Position numbers and translations under genes: made by a program. A stretch of DNA of 64,000 bases from Negaprion brevirostris (Eukaryota): positions 38,374,456 to 38,438,455 of the forward strand of contig JARDVH010000115.1 in assembly GCA_030324005.1 (NCBI GenBank), written 5' to 3'. Each line of letters opens with the position of its first letter. Position 1 is the stretch's first letter. Shown in pieces: positions 38,401 to 53,400 of this stretch. The notes beneath the pieces are model-generated. The model did no database searches. It was given only the letters and a program-made list of their open reading frames with translations, and was not told the origin of the DNA.

Positions 38401-41400
38401 AGTTTTAATTTTCGCATGTATCTGCACACATGACAGCTTTACCTCACTACCACACCTCTTGACTGTTGCTAAATTATCAGACTAAATCAGTCTTGGATGA
38501 ACTGGACTTTGATACAGTTCCATCTTCTGCCGAGACCTTTATTTGTGCCTTTGTTCCCTTTACATTTGATTCTTCCAATACACTCCATGACTGATCTCCC
38601 ACATTCTACACTCTAACTGAGGTCATATAAAATTCTACCCGTGTCTTAGCTCAGCAAGTTCTGTTATCCTATAATCCCTATGCTCCCTGATCTACATTGG
38701 TTCCCATTCAAGCAATGCCTTGATTCACTTAAACATGAGAATTTTATTTCACAAACCCCTTCATGATAGTGCCACTGCCTATCNNNNNNNNNNNNNNNNN
38801 NNNNNNNNNNNNNNNNNNNNNNNNNNNNNNNNNNNNNNNNNNNNNNNNNNNNNNNNNNNNNNNNNNNNNNNNNNNNNNNNNNNTCTCATCTCCTCCAGTC
38901 TCATGCTCTCCAATAATGTAAATATGTGCGACAAAGTGGTTAGCACTGCTGTGTCTCAGTGCTAAAGACCCAGGTTTGATTCCACCTTGGGTGACTGTCT
39001 GTGTAGAGTTTGCACGTTCTGCCTGTATCTACATGGGTTTCCTCTGGGTGCTCCAGTTTCCTCCAGCAGTCCAAAGATATGTGAATTGGCCATGATAAAT
39101 TGCCCCTTGTATCCAAAGTAAATGAATGGAGTTAAACGGATGGGGCAGAGGGAAGGGCCTGGGTGGAGTGCCCTTTCAGAAAGTCAGTGTAGACTTGATA
39201 GATCAAATAGCCTCATCTGCAGTGTAGAGAACCTATGATTTTAATATACCTGCAATCTAGTTCTGGCCTCTTGAGTATACCTAAAGTTTTACTGCTCCAC
39301 AAGTGGTGACTACACCTTTGGTTACCTCAACCCTCCCAACTCTACTTCAATTTTCTCCCCTTAAGACATACCTTTTTTTTAAAGAAACCTACCCCTTTGT
39401 CCAAACATTTGTTTATGGAGTCATAGTTGTAGAGACTTACAGCATGGGGACAGGCCCTTCAGTCCAATTTGTCCATGCTGCCTTTTTTTAAAACCCTAAG
39501 CTAATCCCAATTGCCCACATTTGGCCTATATCCTTCTATACCCATCATACCCATCTAACTAATAGAGTTATTAGACCTAATCTCCTTATGTGACTTGGTG
39601 TCCTATTTTGTTCTCCTGTGAAGCTCTTAATTTATAAAGACATTATAATAAAAATTGTATTATCTCTTTTTATTATCCATCCATTGTAATCTAGTTGTGA
39701 ATGTTGTGTAATTCTTTTACAGGAAGTCATTCAACTCCTTGTGACTCTGAAAGACCCATCCATTTCATTCTGTTTGCCTGTGCTATCCAGGTTCCCTGCA
39801 AAACTTCCTTTTTACAAATATTTATCCATTCCATTTTTAAAATTTTCTTAGTGGTTTCTGCTTCCATTATTACTAGGAAATACCATGTTGTAACAGGTTA
39901 CTGCATTAAAATATATTTCCTAAGCTTCCTCTTAATGTTTTAGTTAAATTCATGCCTTTTCATAATTCAGTGGTCAGTGAATATAGTTTTCCTGGCTTAC
40001 CCTTTTATCAAAATCCATTATAGTTTTGAACATTCATCTCTTCTTGAGAATCCTTCTTTATATGTTGACACAGTTTCTCTCCTTTCTCCCCATCTATAAG
40101 TCTTAATTGGTTGGATTAACTAGTGAATCTCTTCAGCGTCTTCTCAATGGCCTTGTCATCCTTCTTAAAGTAGAATGTCCAGAACAGGATACAGCAATCA
40201 TCTAGTGGAAACCTAATCAATTATTTCCCTATGTATAACATTCTCTTTAATATTCAGTGCCTAAGTTGTAAAACCAAGAATGTAAATATGTACTTTTATA
40301 ACTTTCTTCAAATGGTTCTTTCAATTATGTAGCTGAACCCCTAAATATTTTCTGCTTTCTTTGAAAAGCAGTTAATATATTCTGTTCTTTATTCGTCTCA
40401 AAAAGGTGTGCAATGTCAATTTAGCATCCAGCTCTGCTGTTCAACCTAAAGACGATCACTGAAATAGCTAAATTTTTAATATTGTATTTTTAATCTGCCA
40501 TTTACTTAACCAATCAAGGTTCCAAATGTTTTTCTTTGGTACATTCTCAAATTGATTCTTAAAGCAAATCTTGTCACTTATGACATGTATTTTGAGTCCC
40601 AAGGGCAAGATGTTTTGTGTTGCCCGTTCTTGTTCCATGGAATAAGTTGAGTACTATATTGTGATAAATAATTGGACAAATGTGTCCACTGAAGTTAATC
40701 ACATCTGACTTTGGCTGAAAAAATCTGACCTAGATATTTATCATTCCTTTCCACTATTTACAAAGTACTGGGCCGTGTAATATATTTGTCTTATCAAAAG
40801 TCTCATTTTTAACAACACCTTGTCTTTATACTTTTAAAGTTGCAGGAAACAAGTTTTATGTTAAGTTTCTGCTTTTATTTTCAGACTCAGCTTCAGGAGG
40901 AAGTTGAAAGAAGACAAGAGGATATGCAAAAATATCTCAGGAACATAACTACAGAGCACGAGAAAAGGCTAACAGAAGTTCAGGGAGCAAAACAAGGTAA
41001 TTGTCTGGGGCAGATATTTGATTGTCTTTAGCAGTATCATTTTTAATCCCTCTTATTCTTTAAATTTTCTCACACCTTGGGAGGCAACTCTGCACCAGTG
41101 CAGTTCTCTGGTTGCCAGTCACCATCTTGATTGAATCAGGGCCTATAGGTATTTCAGTGATTGTCTTTAGGTTGGACAGCAGAGCTGGATGCTAATCGAC
41201 ATTGCACGCCTTTTTTTTTCATGTGAGATGTGCATCAGAAATGTATCTGCCGCAAAAATGTCTGTTTGGTCTGAAAGCATTTACTATTTAGTCCCTTGTG
41301 CACCCATTATAGGTGCAGCAAGTCTGTCAGGTGTAAAGAAGGGGTCCTTTTTCTGCTCCCCATTGTGTGGCAACTGTGTGCGTACCACCCAACTACGATG

Positions 41401-44400
41401 AGCTTTGGATGTTTTGCAGGGGTTAAGTGGGCCGAAGAATATTCTATCTGCTTACTTGGCATGTCAATATTTTCTTAGGTGGCTGAGCCCTCCTTAAATT
41501 TAGAGCAATTAATTTGGGTATCGCATTATGGTTGAATTTCAACTGGAAATGCGATGCCTGATGTTTCTTCTAAATGCTTGCAAGATAATCTCTTTAAGAT
41601 GAGAATTGAGCTGCTGTTCCTTATAGAATCCCTATAGTGCAGAAGGAAGCCATTCAGTCCATCAAGCCTTCCCTGACAACAGTCCCACCCAAGCCCTATA
41701 CTTGCATCCCACATATTTACTCTGCTAATCTCCTGATATCCATGTCCCTTCGAGAAGGTAGAAAATCCAGTGATTTGTACCTCCACACTTGGGTGGTTCC
41801 CATATTCTGCTGTGGTACCCTATTGTACAACGATGCATTTTTTTCAGCACCATGTATCAGATTCTTTTTGTTGTAATATGCGTAGACTTAACTTTTGTTT
41901 AGGTTTGATCTCTACCAAGTTAAGCTGGTCATGCTGTTTCCAACAGTGGTGACTGGGGACTTATTTTCATTGGCTGATGGATTCTACAGGATGTTTATGT
42001 ACCTTGGGATTTGTACATTTTTTTAAACATTGGAACAAACTACATTTTCCCTATTCCTTAAAAGGAGCATGTGTTGCATTTTAATATCTATTATTCAGCC
42101 AAATAGTGAGTTTTTCTAACTAATCCAAAATATGGTTTTCTTAAAAATAAACCGCTTCCAATCAGTTTTTGTCCAAATCCAGCAGTTTAGACAGCAAAGT
42201 GTAGGTTAATCAAATTGCACACTTTCAGAAATTCCCATGATTCTAAATTTCTTTGGCTAGTAGTGCATAGTACATTCCTTTTTCACCTAATGTCATCTAA
42301 TGTAAAATCTAGGGAATTATTAACAGCCACTGAAGTACTTTAAGTGTCAGAATGGTGCAACATTTAGAGGAGGTTAGATGACCCTTCATGCTTGTGCTGG
42401 CTCTTTGAAGAAGCTATCTGATTAGATCTGCAACTTCGTAAAATTTTTCCCCTTTTGTAATATTTAGCCAATTCCCTTTTTGAAAGTTGGTATTGAGCTC
42501 TACCACTCTTTCAGACGTTATTTAGAGTCATAACTGTATTGTCACTATTGTGTGGTATTATACCCATGGTGCAAAGAAGTGCTCTCCAATTAATTCATTA
42601 ACTTATTTGTGAGTTGACTGGGTAGAGAAGGGCTGGAGAACAATTGGTTTGTTCTACTGCAAGACATTAAGAATATTTATGCAGCTGTTTCTGTATTTCT
42701 CAATCCAAACCAAGTTGTCCCTTTTTTAACTTCGTGCACATTTTAATTTATATTGCTAGTTCTAGACTTGCCATAATGGCCTGGATTTGTGATCACTGGT
42801 GAATGAACAGCTGCAACCATAATATATGGAGTTTTAGTGGACTTTGCTATGACAATGTAGTACAGTAACCTCTATCTGGGACCTGTGAACAGTTTGAGCA
42901 AGTTCCCTCTTCGTGACTCAGTGAAGATTGTTCAATCTGATTAAGAGTCTAAGCCTGAAAGTGAGAGTTAGACTATTTGATTCGTTGTAAAATCGTGTGG
43001 AAAAAGTGAAGATGCTGTCCTGTTTCAGTGTATTGTGAACTTCAGCCAATATTTTAATCGTTTGTGGCCAATATTTTAAAATGGCCACTGCAAATCAAGT
43101 GACTTTCAGCATTTCAAGCTCCAGATAGTCCTGTGTATCAGCACATGAGGAATTTTCACATCTGGCATGTCCTTCTGTTTCACTATGAGCAAACAAAACA
43201 CCAAAACTCTTGTGTATTAGAAGAATGTGAATGGATTCCATTGATCTTCCATTGTTTTATAATGGTCTCTCATTTGAATTAAACTGGGTGAATTTCCTGG
43301 TGTTGAAAGACAATGCAATATGTAATCAGTACCACCGTCTTTTGGAAAAGGGCTTTTGAACTTGTACAAATAGCACGATATAGAAGCCACTTTATTTTCT
43401 GTGTAGATAGTTCCATCAGAGCATTGAGACGTTTCCTGATTTCCGCATTTAACAAAGTGCGGGTAGAGTGTAAGTTGACTCTATGACACAGCTTTGCCAT
43501 ATCCTTGCCACAAAACCAGGCCACTGTATTCTGTGCACCTGACAGTGCTATGTTGTATATCAGTCAACAATGGGAGACAGTGGTTGTTAGTTGTAACATC
43601 TGGCGTTCTCTGCTTTAAACGTTACTATAACTATGTAGATACTTAAATTAATGAACTAAACAGATGCGATCGATTGACCATATATTTTAGTTGAAGAGGG
43701 TGCTAACAGTTTAACTGTTCGGTTGATAAACTGGGCAGCTAGTGAAACAACCTGACGGTACAGCAAATAATAATAAATGCCTTTTAGCTGGTACGAAGCA
43801 TTAATTCAAAAGAAAGTGTCTTTTAACTCATTAATTATGGTTATATTGTAATTTTTTAAAATAGATTTACAAAGTAAACTTCTGGTTGCCGAAAATGAAA
43901 TTGGTAATAAAACCAAAGAAGTCCAGAGCTTGCACAGTAAATTCACTGATACCATGGTCTCTAAACAACAACTTGAACAAAAGATTATGCAGCTGGTAAC
44001 GGCAGAACAAAAGCGAGCTACTACAGATGAGGCCCTGAAGAAACAAGTGCAGGTACTGGCAGTCTTCAGTCTAGTGGCAGTGCTGTATGAGGTTCTTTTC
44101 CTTTCAAATTGGTGTTTTTTGCATTGTATCTCCACTCTTCCCATGCACCCCACCATACAATATTCAATATTCCAGTTGTTTTTAGTTGTATAAGGAGGGA
44201 ATTGAAGTTTGACTTGACCATGAGACTTGGAACAATATTGACCGAGGGTAGAACGTTACTTGGTGCCTTTTGGCTTGATATGGTGCTTTGTGAGATTGTA
44301 ATCCTTTGTCCCCGCTTACCCCTACCCTGCACGCAGAACAAATTTTTATTTTTAGCTTGCTTTCATGTTTACTTGGGGTAATTTAACCTTTTTAACTGAT

Positions 44401-47400
44401 GCGAAAGTTGATTTCCATCAAGTGGAACAAGATATGTTACTAAACAGCTGTTTTTGCCAATTAAGTAAATAATGGTGCACTATGTTTAACACAATATGTA
44501 CGCAATGTACTGTAAGGCATTCATGTTTAACCATTCATCTTGAAATTTGTATAGAATGCTATTGTTTATTTAGGAGAACTTTCCACTAAATTTTAAAAAA
44601 TCTAGTCCAAAATGAGTCATTCACTTTGCTGATGAGCAGGGAATCTCTCTTTTCATGAGCACCCAGCCCCTCACCTGACTACTTAGAAAAAAAATTGAGC
44701 AATTGCCAGAGGGAGTAAACTTTTTAAACAGTTTCTTGTTTTCACAAACTGTGCCATTCTGCTTTGATTCTGAAGGATTTTAAAAAATAAAGCTGACATG
44801 GGAGGAAAAACAAAATCCAACCAAAACTTTCCCATCTTATGAATCAACAGTATTGTGTACACCTCCATATACCTTGTTAAGTATTCAGAAATTTGTAGTC
44901 TTCAATATAATTTATCTAAAGATAGACAACTTTCCACAAATTTCTAGAATTGACAAGTTGACCTCTTGTGAAATCTCAAAGTTGTGCTTTGGTTTATGAT
45001 GGAAAACGTGCATTAATAAAACTGTAAATATTTTTTCTTGCTCACTCTACACTTTGACGTAATTAGTTTTCAGCCCTTGTGTGTATCTCGTGTCACGGTT
45101 GAACGTGAACTGCTGGCGATTCCTATTCCCTTTGTTTTTGACAGTGAGTTTAAAGAATAGGAATGGTGTATGCATTTGTTTAACCCTCAAGTGTCTAATC
45201 AAATTTTACAGCAGCAGATTTTAGGAACTTTTTTAATACAGTGTATTTGAAAACAGTCCAACAATGAATGCTACTTCACTTGCGCTCATTCACAAACAGG
45301 TAAAAAAAAATGCACTGTTACCCCTTTAAGGGGCAAGGAAATAATTTCCCACTTTGTTTTCCATAATCAAAGCAGCATGGTGGCACAGTGGTTAGCACTT
45401 CTACTTCACAGCAGTTCAATCCCGGCCCAGGATGATTGTATGGAGTTTACGTGTTCTCCCCGTGTCTGTGTAGATTTCCTCTCAGTCCAGAGATGTGCGG
45501 GTTAGATTGGTCATGCTAAATTGCCCCTTAGCTTCAGGCTAAATTGGCGGAGTAAGTACTTGGGGCTATGTTTCTGGATGACTGTCCCTCTGGTTAAGAT
45601 ATGCACCTTTTGAAACATTTACTTTTTTGGAAAATCAGGATGACTTGTCTGGATGTGTGTGATTAATGCCTTTTTTATCTGGAGCGTACTTGCTTGTCCT
45701 CCAGACCAGTGAGTTCATTCCATCACTGGCTAATGGAATCTACTCAGTAGTGTCACCTGATATTCAGTGGCCATTTTGTGGGTGGAATGACCTTTTTAAA
45801 CCAATATCTTGAGCAGCTTCTCAGTTCAATGTCCACATTGAAAAAGGTCTGTACTTTAAATTATGAATATGCCATGGTGTGGCATGACACTTGTTTCACC
45901 ATTCTGCAAGTAAAGTGCTTGCCTGATCTAACCAAAATTCATAGCTTTTGAGGAATTCTGATGCAACTAGGATGGGAACGAGCAGGAGAAGCCTGGTGCC
46001 TACTGAAAACTAAAATAAGAATTTGAAAATGCATGTTAATCAGTGCTGGGATTAGCATAATTATGTTCAGAAATGGGGCATTAAAACTGGTTGTGTGTAT
46101 TTGATTATTTAAGTTTTCTGCATTTTTTTTCTCATTACCTTTTCACCTATTTTTCTCTTTGCTGTGCATTGCTTAAAATCAAAGGAACTTTTGGACCAGA
46201 AACAAGCCATGAGTGTTCAGATACAAAATCTTCATATCCAATTGAAATCACAGGTAAAGTGATCTTTTTGAAGGTATGATTTCAATTTATCAAGATTTAA
46301 GAATGAGTTGTCTTTGATACTTTTTTTAAAAACTTGTGAAACTTTAGACTTGGTAACCTATGCTAAATTCTGCAGATTTGCATGTTCACCTTAATCTTCA
46401 ATCAATAGTCAACTAACTAGGGCTTTTACAGCTCACTGGAATTGCTTTGTGCTGCTGAGCTAGGAAATTGAAATCAACCAAAGTTGTTGCTGGTCATTAC
46501 ATAAGGAATCCCACAGCACTAGACGTTGGCCATTTGACCTATCGTGTGTGTTAAATCTGTCAAGTGTTTATGCAGATGTTGGACTTAATGAGGTTACTGA
46601 AGCTATGATGCTTCCACAGCTGTATGCTGACGTTGATTGCCTAAAATCTTGTTTCATGCACATGGTACTTGAAAGCTGTTGCCAACCCTGGAACATGAAT
46701 CTCTGCCTTTAGGAGAGGGAAAGAAAGTTCTTGAGGATGCAGTTGGAATATGCTGCCCAAGTATCTTGCATATTAGAGATATTAACTGACCTTCACCTGT
46801 GAAACTTTGACAGTGCCTTATGGAGGGATGTCATTGAAAAAATGTATTGAACCAAGATTTGGGAGTAAACACTCTATGGTTTTGGATAAGTTCCTTAATG
46901 TTAACATTTAAAGAGATGTTCATTTTGCCAGTAGAAATGCTGATGTACTTTGTTTTGTGATTATCGATTAACAGTAAAAAGTATTCTGTCCTGAATGCTG
47001 ATATCAAAATAAATCTCCGAACTTGCATTTCAAATGGAAAAATCCTATTTGCTCGTTGTAATTGTATAGATTGGGTGACTCTTTCATAATTCTTTAATTT
47101 GGAGAGCCTACATTGCTTGTATATTTTAAAACTCTTAACTTCAGCCTGTAAAATACTTTTTTGAGTAGTACAGCGTAAATTTTTAAGCCATTTTAAATAG
47201 CAATTTCCTTGTACATGTATTAGTTCAGTGTTTGCATTTATTTGTTTTTGGCTTGATTGTAGAAAATATGATCAACATTCAGAATTAATTTCATGTTATT
47301 AACATTCAATTTTTTAGATTGTGTTCAAAATTACGATCTGCTAAATAATAACCTTCCTTTCATCTTTTTACATGTAGACTGCTACAGTATGTTTGGTGGA

Positions 47401-50400
47401 TGAGCTGCAGAAAACGTAAGTTTAAGTAATTCTTATTAATCTTATTTAAAAATAGCATACACAGCTGACCTTTTTTCAATTACAGTGGACCCTGGATTTG
47501 CTTGTTAAACCCAGCCAGCAGATAACGGGAACCCTGCAATGAGCAGGGTAGCACAATTCGTCCTGCAGGAGGATGCATACCCTTTTGTGGCTAAGTGCAG
47601 TTCTTGCCACAAATGTGGGACGTATCCAAATGAAGAGTGGTGTTTGAAATTTTGTAGAATCGGAGAAATAACAAACTTGGTTGAGACCACTTCCTTAAAG
47701 GCTCACTCAGTGCAAACTTTCTTCCTTCCCTAGCACAGCAATTCAGCCACGAATCGTGAAGGACAACAATTTACCATGGCCATTAGTAGGCAGGCTTGCC
47801 CTGAACCTACTCCCAGGCTTAACTGATCCCCAGAGACGAAAACCTAATGCAATGCTTCAAGCATTTGAATTACTTCCTCAAACACTTCCTGAGAACCTCG
47901 GAGCATTTTGCATTTTAAAAAGAATTAAATGTAAATCTGTTGTGCTTGGCATTGCCCAACTATTTTTTCCTATCATTTTTAAGTAAATATGCATTTTCAA
48001 TTGATGTTTACTTTTCTTTCTGCTTTTGTTACCTGTGATTGTTTTCTGTACTGATTTACTATTTATTTGAAAACTAGAATCAGATCCAAAACTTGGCTTT
48101 TAACGATTTGACATTTAAAATTTGAGTGTCAGCTAGCCTGATGCTTGTCAGCGTGTTGTGATACTAAACTATACAGAGCAGGAAAATCCCAGCTTTAGTC
48201 GCTAATGTGTACTTTGTTAATCAATATTAACTGGGGATGGATATTGAGGGGCAGGATGGGTTTGATTGGAATCCTGCTGCAGGAGTCAAATATGGAGAAT
48301 GGTAACTGGTGTGAGATACTGGATGGCTGGTCCTGTGAAGTCAAGTGCCGGTACCTTGGGGGAGGAAGGAAAGATGGTAACCTGGTTACGCTCATCACTC
48401 CAACTTGTTGGGCCTTTACTTATTCTGGCATTCTTTGGTCTACTGAATGCAAGTCCAGTAATTTCAAGTCTAGCTGCTGCTGTCGTGAGCAATGTCAGTG
48501 AGGTAACCTGATTAATCTGTTGCCTAGCGTTGGATAATTAATGAACCACTAATTTAATCTGTTTCAATTCAAAGGATCGCAGAGAAAGACAAACAAATAA
48601 AGTTGATGGAGGAATCTTTAGAAGACAGACATCTTCATGTAACAAGCAAAGAACAAGATATACAAGTAAATATTTCAAAATACTTTCGATTACCTAACGT
48701 TTGTCCTAATTGGTTGAGTTGACTCCCGGACGTGGACAACCACAATACCCCCTTATTGGACCTTCTCTGACTTCACATCNNNNNNNNNNAGTTCAGAGGT
48801 GTATCCCTTTGCATACAGAATTATCTTCACTTTAAATCATGATATTTTGCGTGTATGTTATCAGATATCCTTAACTGTGCACCTTCATGTTCCTTTTATG
48901 AAGAAAAACAAAATGCAAATTGAGAATTGACTTTTTGGTTTTGTTTGAAAGATTAGGATCATCTTGGTAGAGATTTAACCTGGGACATTGTTCTTAAAAA
49001 AAAAAAAAAATTGTAACTTGATAAATAAGATAAATGATTTCAGATTCATTTCTTGTCATTGGTACTTTGTAATCTATTTATCAACTGAGAAATACAGACC
49101 TCTAAGCCAATAAGAAAAAATTGAGGAAGAATTAACACGACCAGTCATGTGCTTTAAGAATTGACTTTTCTTCCTAAAAGTTCTGTCGATAATTTGGGTT
49201 AAATTGGGCAGAGCATTTATTTTTCAGAATAGCAGTATCCTCCCTAAATATTGTAATATTTGAACAATATAAGGATATTTCCGATAATCTATTGGAATTG
49301 TTATGCAGAAATGGTGCTTGTACAGTTTACATGCCATTTGTTTCTGATGTTTAAAGCTACAGATTGATTAAAGTTAGCATGTGAATATAAAATTCTACTT
49401 TATAAAAATGTAATCAGCAAACATCAAAAGCATGGGTATCATGATCTGTGGAAGTTAATCTGAGAAACTAATATCCAGAAGGAAATGAACAGTGACTTTA
49501 AATAACTTTCATCCGATCAGCCAGCGGGAGGTACTCAATTTACTTCAGACTCCAAATGTTTGAATACATTTATTTTGATGTGCATCTTGGTTTTCTGTTC
49601 AGTACATCATTCCTATGTTATTTTGAGGCTTACCGATTAAATTAACGAATAAGGAAAACACCTGGGGATATTTTATGGTAAAACTACTTCTCCACTAGCC
49701 GTCAGGTGACAAATATTTGAGCACTGATTTTTACCCCCTCCCCCAATGTCATCAAAGGTTTTTTTATATATAAATACTGAACTTCCTGTTTGGGCCCCAA
49801 AGAGATTATTCTGTCCCATAGAAATAGGAGAATTTACTAATTAAAAGTTGGTTAGGAGGGAAGATGTCAGATTTCTGAGGTATTAGAACTGGTTCTGGAG
49901 AAAGTGGGATCTTGTGTACAACCTGAATGGATTATACCCGAACAGGACTGGAATGAATATCCCCATGAGGAGGTTTGCTGGTGAGGAGGGTTTAAACTAG
50001 ATTGGCAGTGGGGAGGGAAAATTCAGATAGGGCTAATTCAGAGCATGGATCAAGAGACAAAAAATTAGCAAGTGATTCGAAAGACAAGACAGTTAAAATT
50101 GTGCAACACAGGGATTTTGCAGTTTAGAAATGTATGTAAATGCAAGACGTATAGCAGATAAAGCTGATGAGCTGAGGGCGCAGACGGACACTTGGCAGGA
50201 TGTCTATATAAGAAATAGGGGGAATTAGCTCAAATGGTAGAGCACTCGCTTTGCATGTGAGAGGTAGTGGGATCAATGCCCACATTCTCCACTTTGATTT
50301 TGGGCCGGCATGATGACAGTGGTTAGCACTGCTACCGCCTAGTGCTAGGGGCCTGAGTTCAATTTCAGCCTTGTCACTGTCTGTGTGGAATTTGCGTGTT

Positions 50401-53400
50401 CTCAGTGTCTGCCTGGGTATCCACCAGGTGCTCTGGTTTCCTCTCACAGTCCAAAGATATACATGTCAATTTGATTAGCTATGGTAAATTGCCCACTAAC
50501 GTCAGGGGAATTAGCAGGGAAAATATGTGGAGTTATGGGGATGGGGCCTGGGTGGGATTGTTGTCATTGCAGACTTGATGAGCTGAATGGCCTCTGTCTG
50601 CACTGTAGGGATTCTATGATGATTTTATGAAATCTAGCTTAGAGGGGCAAAATAATGGCAGCCTAACATCCCTGGATGTAGTTTTGAGGCAGTATAGTGA
50701 GGGGAATAAAAAAAAAGTAGGAGCGTAGTGTTATTGGTGAAGGAATCAATTAGAGCTGTGAGGAGTGATGATTATAAATAAATCATCATATGAGACCATA
50801 TTGGTTGAACTCAAATTTTAAAAAGGGGCAGCCACACTGTGTTAGGAGTGTACTATAGACCCCCAAATAGTGAGAGGGAGATAAAGTAATTGTATAAGCA
50901 TATTTGAGTGTAATAACAATTGAGCAATGACAGTTGGGGACTTCAGCTACCCTAATATCAACTGGAATAAGAACAGTGTGGAAGATAGAGAGGGCACACA
51001 ATTCTTGAATTGCATTCAAGAGAACTGCTTTAGCGGATAAGCCTAATGAGTGGGTGCAGTTCTAGATTTAGACATGGGAAATTAGGCTGGGGCAGTGGAG
51101 GACCATTTTGGAGATCGTGACCAAAATAGTTTTTTTAGCATCATTACAGAGAAGCTCAAAGAACAGGAGTGCAAGTTCTAATCTGGTGGAAGAGAAATTT
51201 TATGAAGCTGGATACAGCTACTTGAAGGACAGTCACTGACAAATTGGTGGGAGGCATTCAAAAAAATGAGCTTCTACAGCCACTGTGTAGACATGTCCCC
51301 CAAGAAGAGAAAGGAAGATATTGCCAAATCTGGAGCCCCTGGTTTTCCAGAAGCATACAGAATAAGATAAAACAGGAAAAGAAAGCTAATGGCAGTCTTG
51401 AACGTAATAATGTAAACAGCCTAGAGGAGTATGGGAGTTTAGAGAAGAAAGCACGAAAGTGCAGGCCAGTAAGGAAAACGCTGGAATCAATTTTAAAGAA
51501 ATCTCAATGCATTCAGGCAGATTCAGCATTTCTTTGTAGAAGTGAAATCATGTTAGATTAATTTTACTGGAGATATTTGAGGAAGTAGCAGGCAATGTAG
51601 ATAAAGGGGATCTAGTGAGTGTGGTGAACTTGGATTTCTAGTTTCTTTGAAAGATCGCTAACAAAAGACCTCGTACTGTAGTGGATGACATTAACGTTGA
51701 AATAGGATTGGTTAGTTAACAGGAGGCAAAGTGGCACAAAAGGGTCATTTTTGGGTTGATGAGAAGTGGAGTGCCACTGGGATCAGTGTTGGGGCTCGGC
51801 TATTTACAATTTACATCATGACTTGGATGATAAGAATGTGTGGTCACTAAATTTTGTGATGAGACAAAGGTACGAAAGTAAGTTGTGAAAAGGACACAAG
51901 GAGCTTGCAAAGGGATATAGATTGAACAGAAATGTGGCAGATGGAGTGCAGTGTGGGAAAATGTGAACTTGCCACTTTGGCAGGGACAATAAGAAAAAAG
52001 CATAATATTATTCATAACTCTGCGGTACAGAGGGATGTAGGTGTCCATGAGTTGAAAAATGTTAGTATGCAGGTACCACAAGTGATTAGGAAGGCAAAAG
52101 CAATCCTGTTGTATATTGCAAAGTGAATAGAATATAACTGGGGATGTTTTCAGTTATATTGGGTATTAGTAAGACAATATCTAGTGTGCTGTTCACAATT
52201 CTGGTCTCATTTAAACAAAGACATAATTATCTTAGAAGCAGTGCAGAGATGGTTTACCTGACTGATTTTTGAGGGGTTAANNNNNNNNNNNNNNNNNNNN
52301 NCGGTCTCCAAACACCGATACAGATGCGGCCTGCAGTGGGCCGTAATTTGGAGACCCCTGTTTTAGAAGGATGAGAGGCAATCTTATTGAAACGTGCAAA
52401 GACCCAAGGGGACTTAACAGGGTGGAAGCTGAAAGGATACTTCTCCTTTTGAGAGAGACTGCAACTAATGGACATGGTCAAAGCATAAAACATCTTCCAT
52501 TTAAGACTGTGTATAAGGAGAAATTGAGAATTTGTGGAGCCCTCTCTTCTACAGAGGGCTTTGGAGGTAGGGTTTCTGAATATTTTTAAGGCTGAGGTTA
52601 AATTCTTGATTGATGGGAGCCAAAGGGTATAGGGATAGGAAGGCAAGTGGAATGGAGGCCATAAATCAGATCAGCCATGATTTTATTGAACGACAGAGCA
52701 GGCTTGAGGGCCAAATAGTTGCCTACTGCTCCCTTTTTATGTTTGTATGAATGTATAATCTATCGCAATGGTCAGCGCTATTATCTTTTCAGATCCTGAA
52801 TTTGAAACCTTACCTGACTGTATGATGAAAAGGACCTGAGCAAAATTAGTTTCAAACTGTTAATTTGACTCCTTGTAGAGTTGACATTCTTGAGGCTGGG
52901 TCGCATTGCAGTGGTGCAAGTGGATTTTGTAATTTGGAGTTGTCTGTAGAATAGTGTATTCTCCCAACATTTGCCTATCTCATTTGAAAATAATTATTCT
53001 ATCCCTTTGAAAAGGTATGCTCATAAAATCATACTTCTGTTTTCTTTAATACTTAGAGTTTGCAGAAAGAGAAAAATACTTTGACAGCTGAAGTGCAAAA
53101 GTTACAGGTTCAGACATCTGAACAGGTAAGTTTTATGTTAAGAATTATAATAATTTAGAGTTTCTCCACGTGAGTTTTTTGTATGAGTTTATTTAACCTT
53201 TGATTTTAGTAGTCTGATTTTTGGAACAGTGTGGTTGTTACAGCACACTAGACTAGCACTTACAGTTTGAGTGCGTAGTTAGAAGTGAGAAAACCTGAAA
53301 AGTCTACTAAAGCTGCCACTTTGTCTGACCCATGGTTCAAGGAAGGGAATCTATCACCCCTTTCCAACTTGAGTTACAATATCAGTGCAGTCTTTGTGGT

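Larger units (their letters stand above)
49845..52750 (+). mobile_element. Long decayed CR1 LINE (ORF1 end, APE, RT, 3' tail) carrying nested tRNA-Ala, SINE and hAT-MITE insertions
   Basis: MYVNARRIADKADELRAQTDTW (APE start), GVYYRPPNS, SGVPLGSVLG, KWQMECSVGKCE, and a CR1 tail near 52680-52745. Confidence 0.8.

Noticed and set aside
45212-45299. Good donor CAG|gtaaaa at 45300 with several upstream AGs
   Set aside because: Every acceptor choice I tried gives a frameshift or an in-frame stop.
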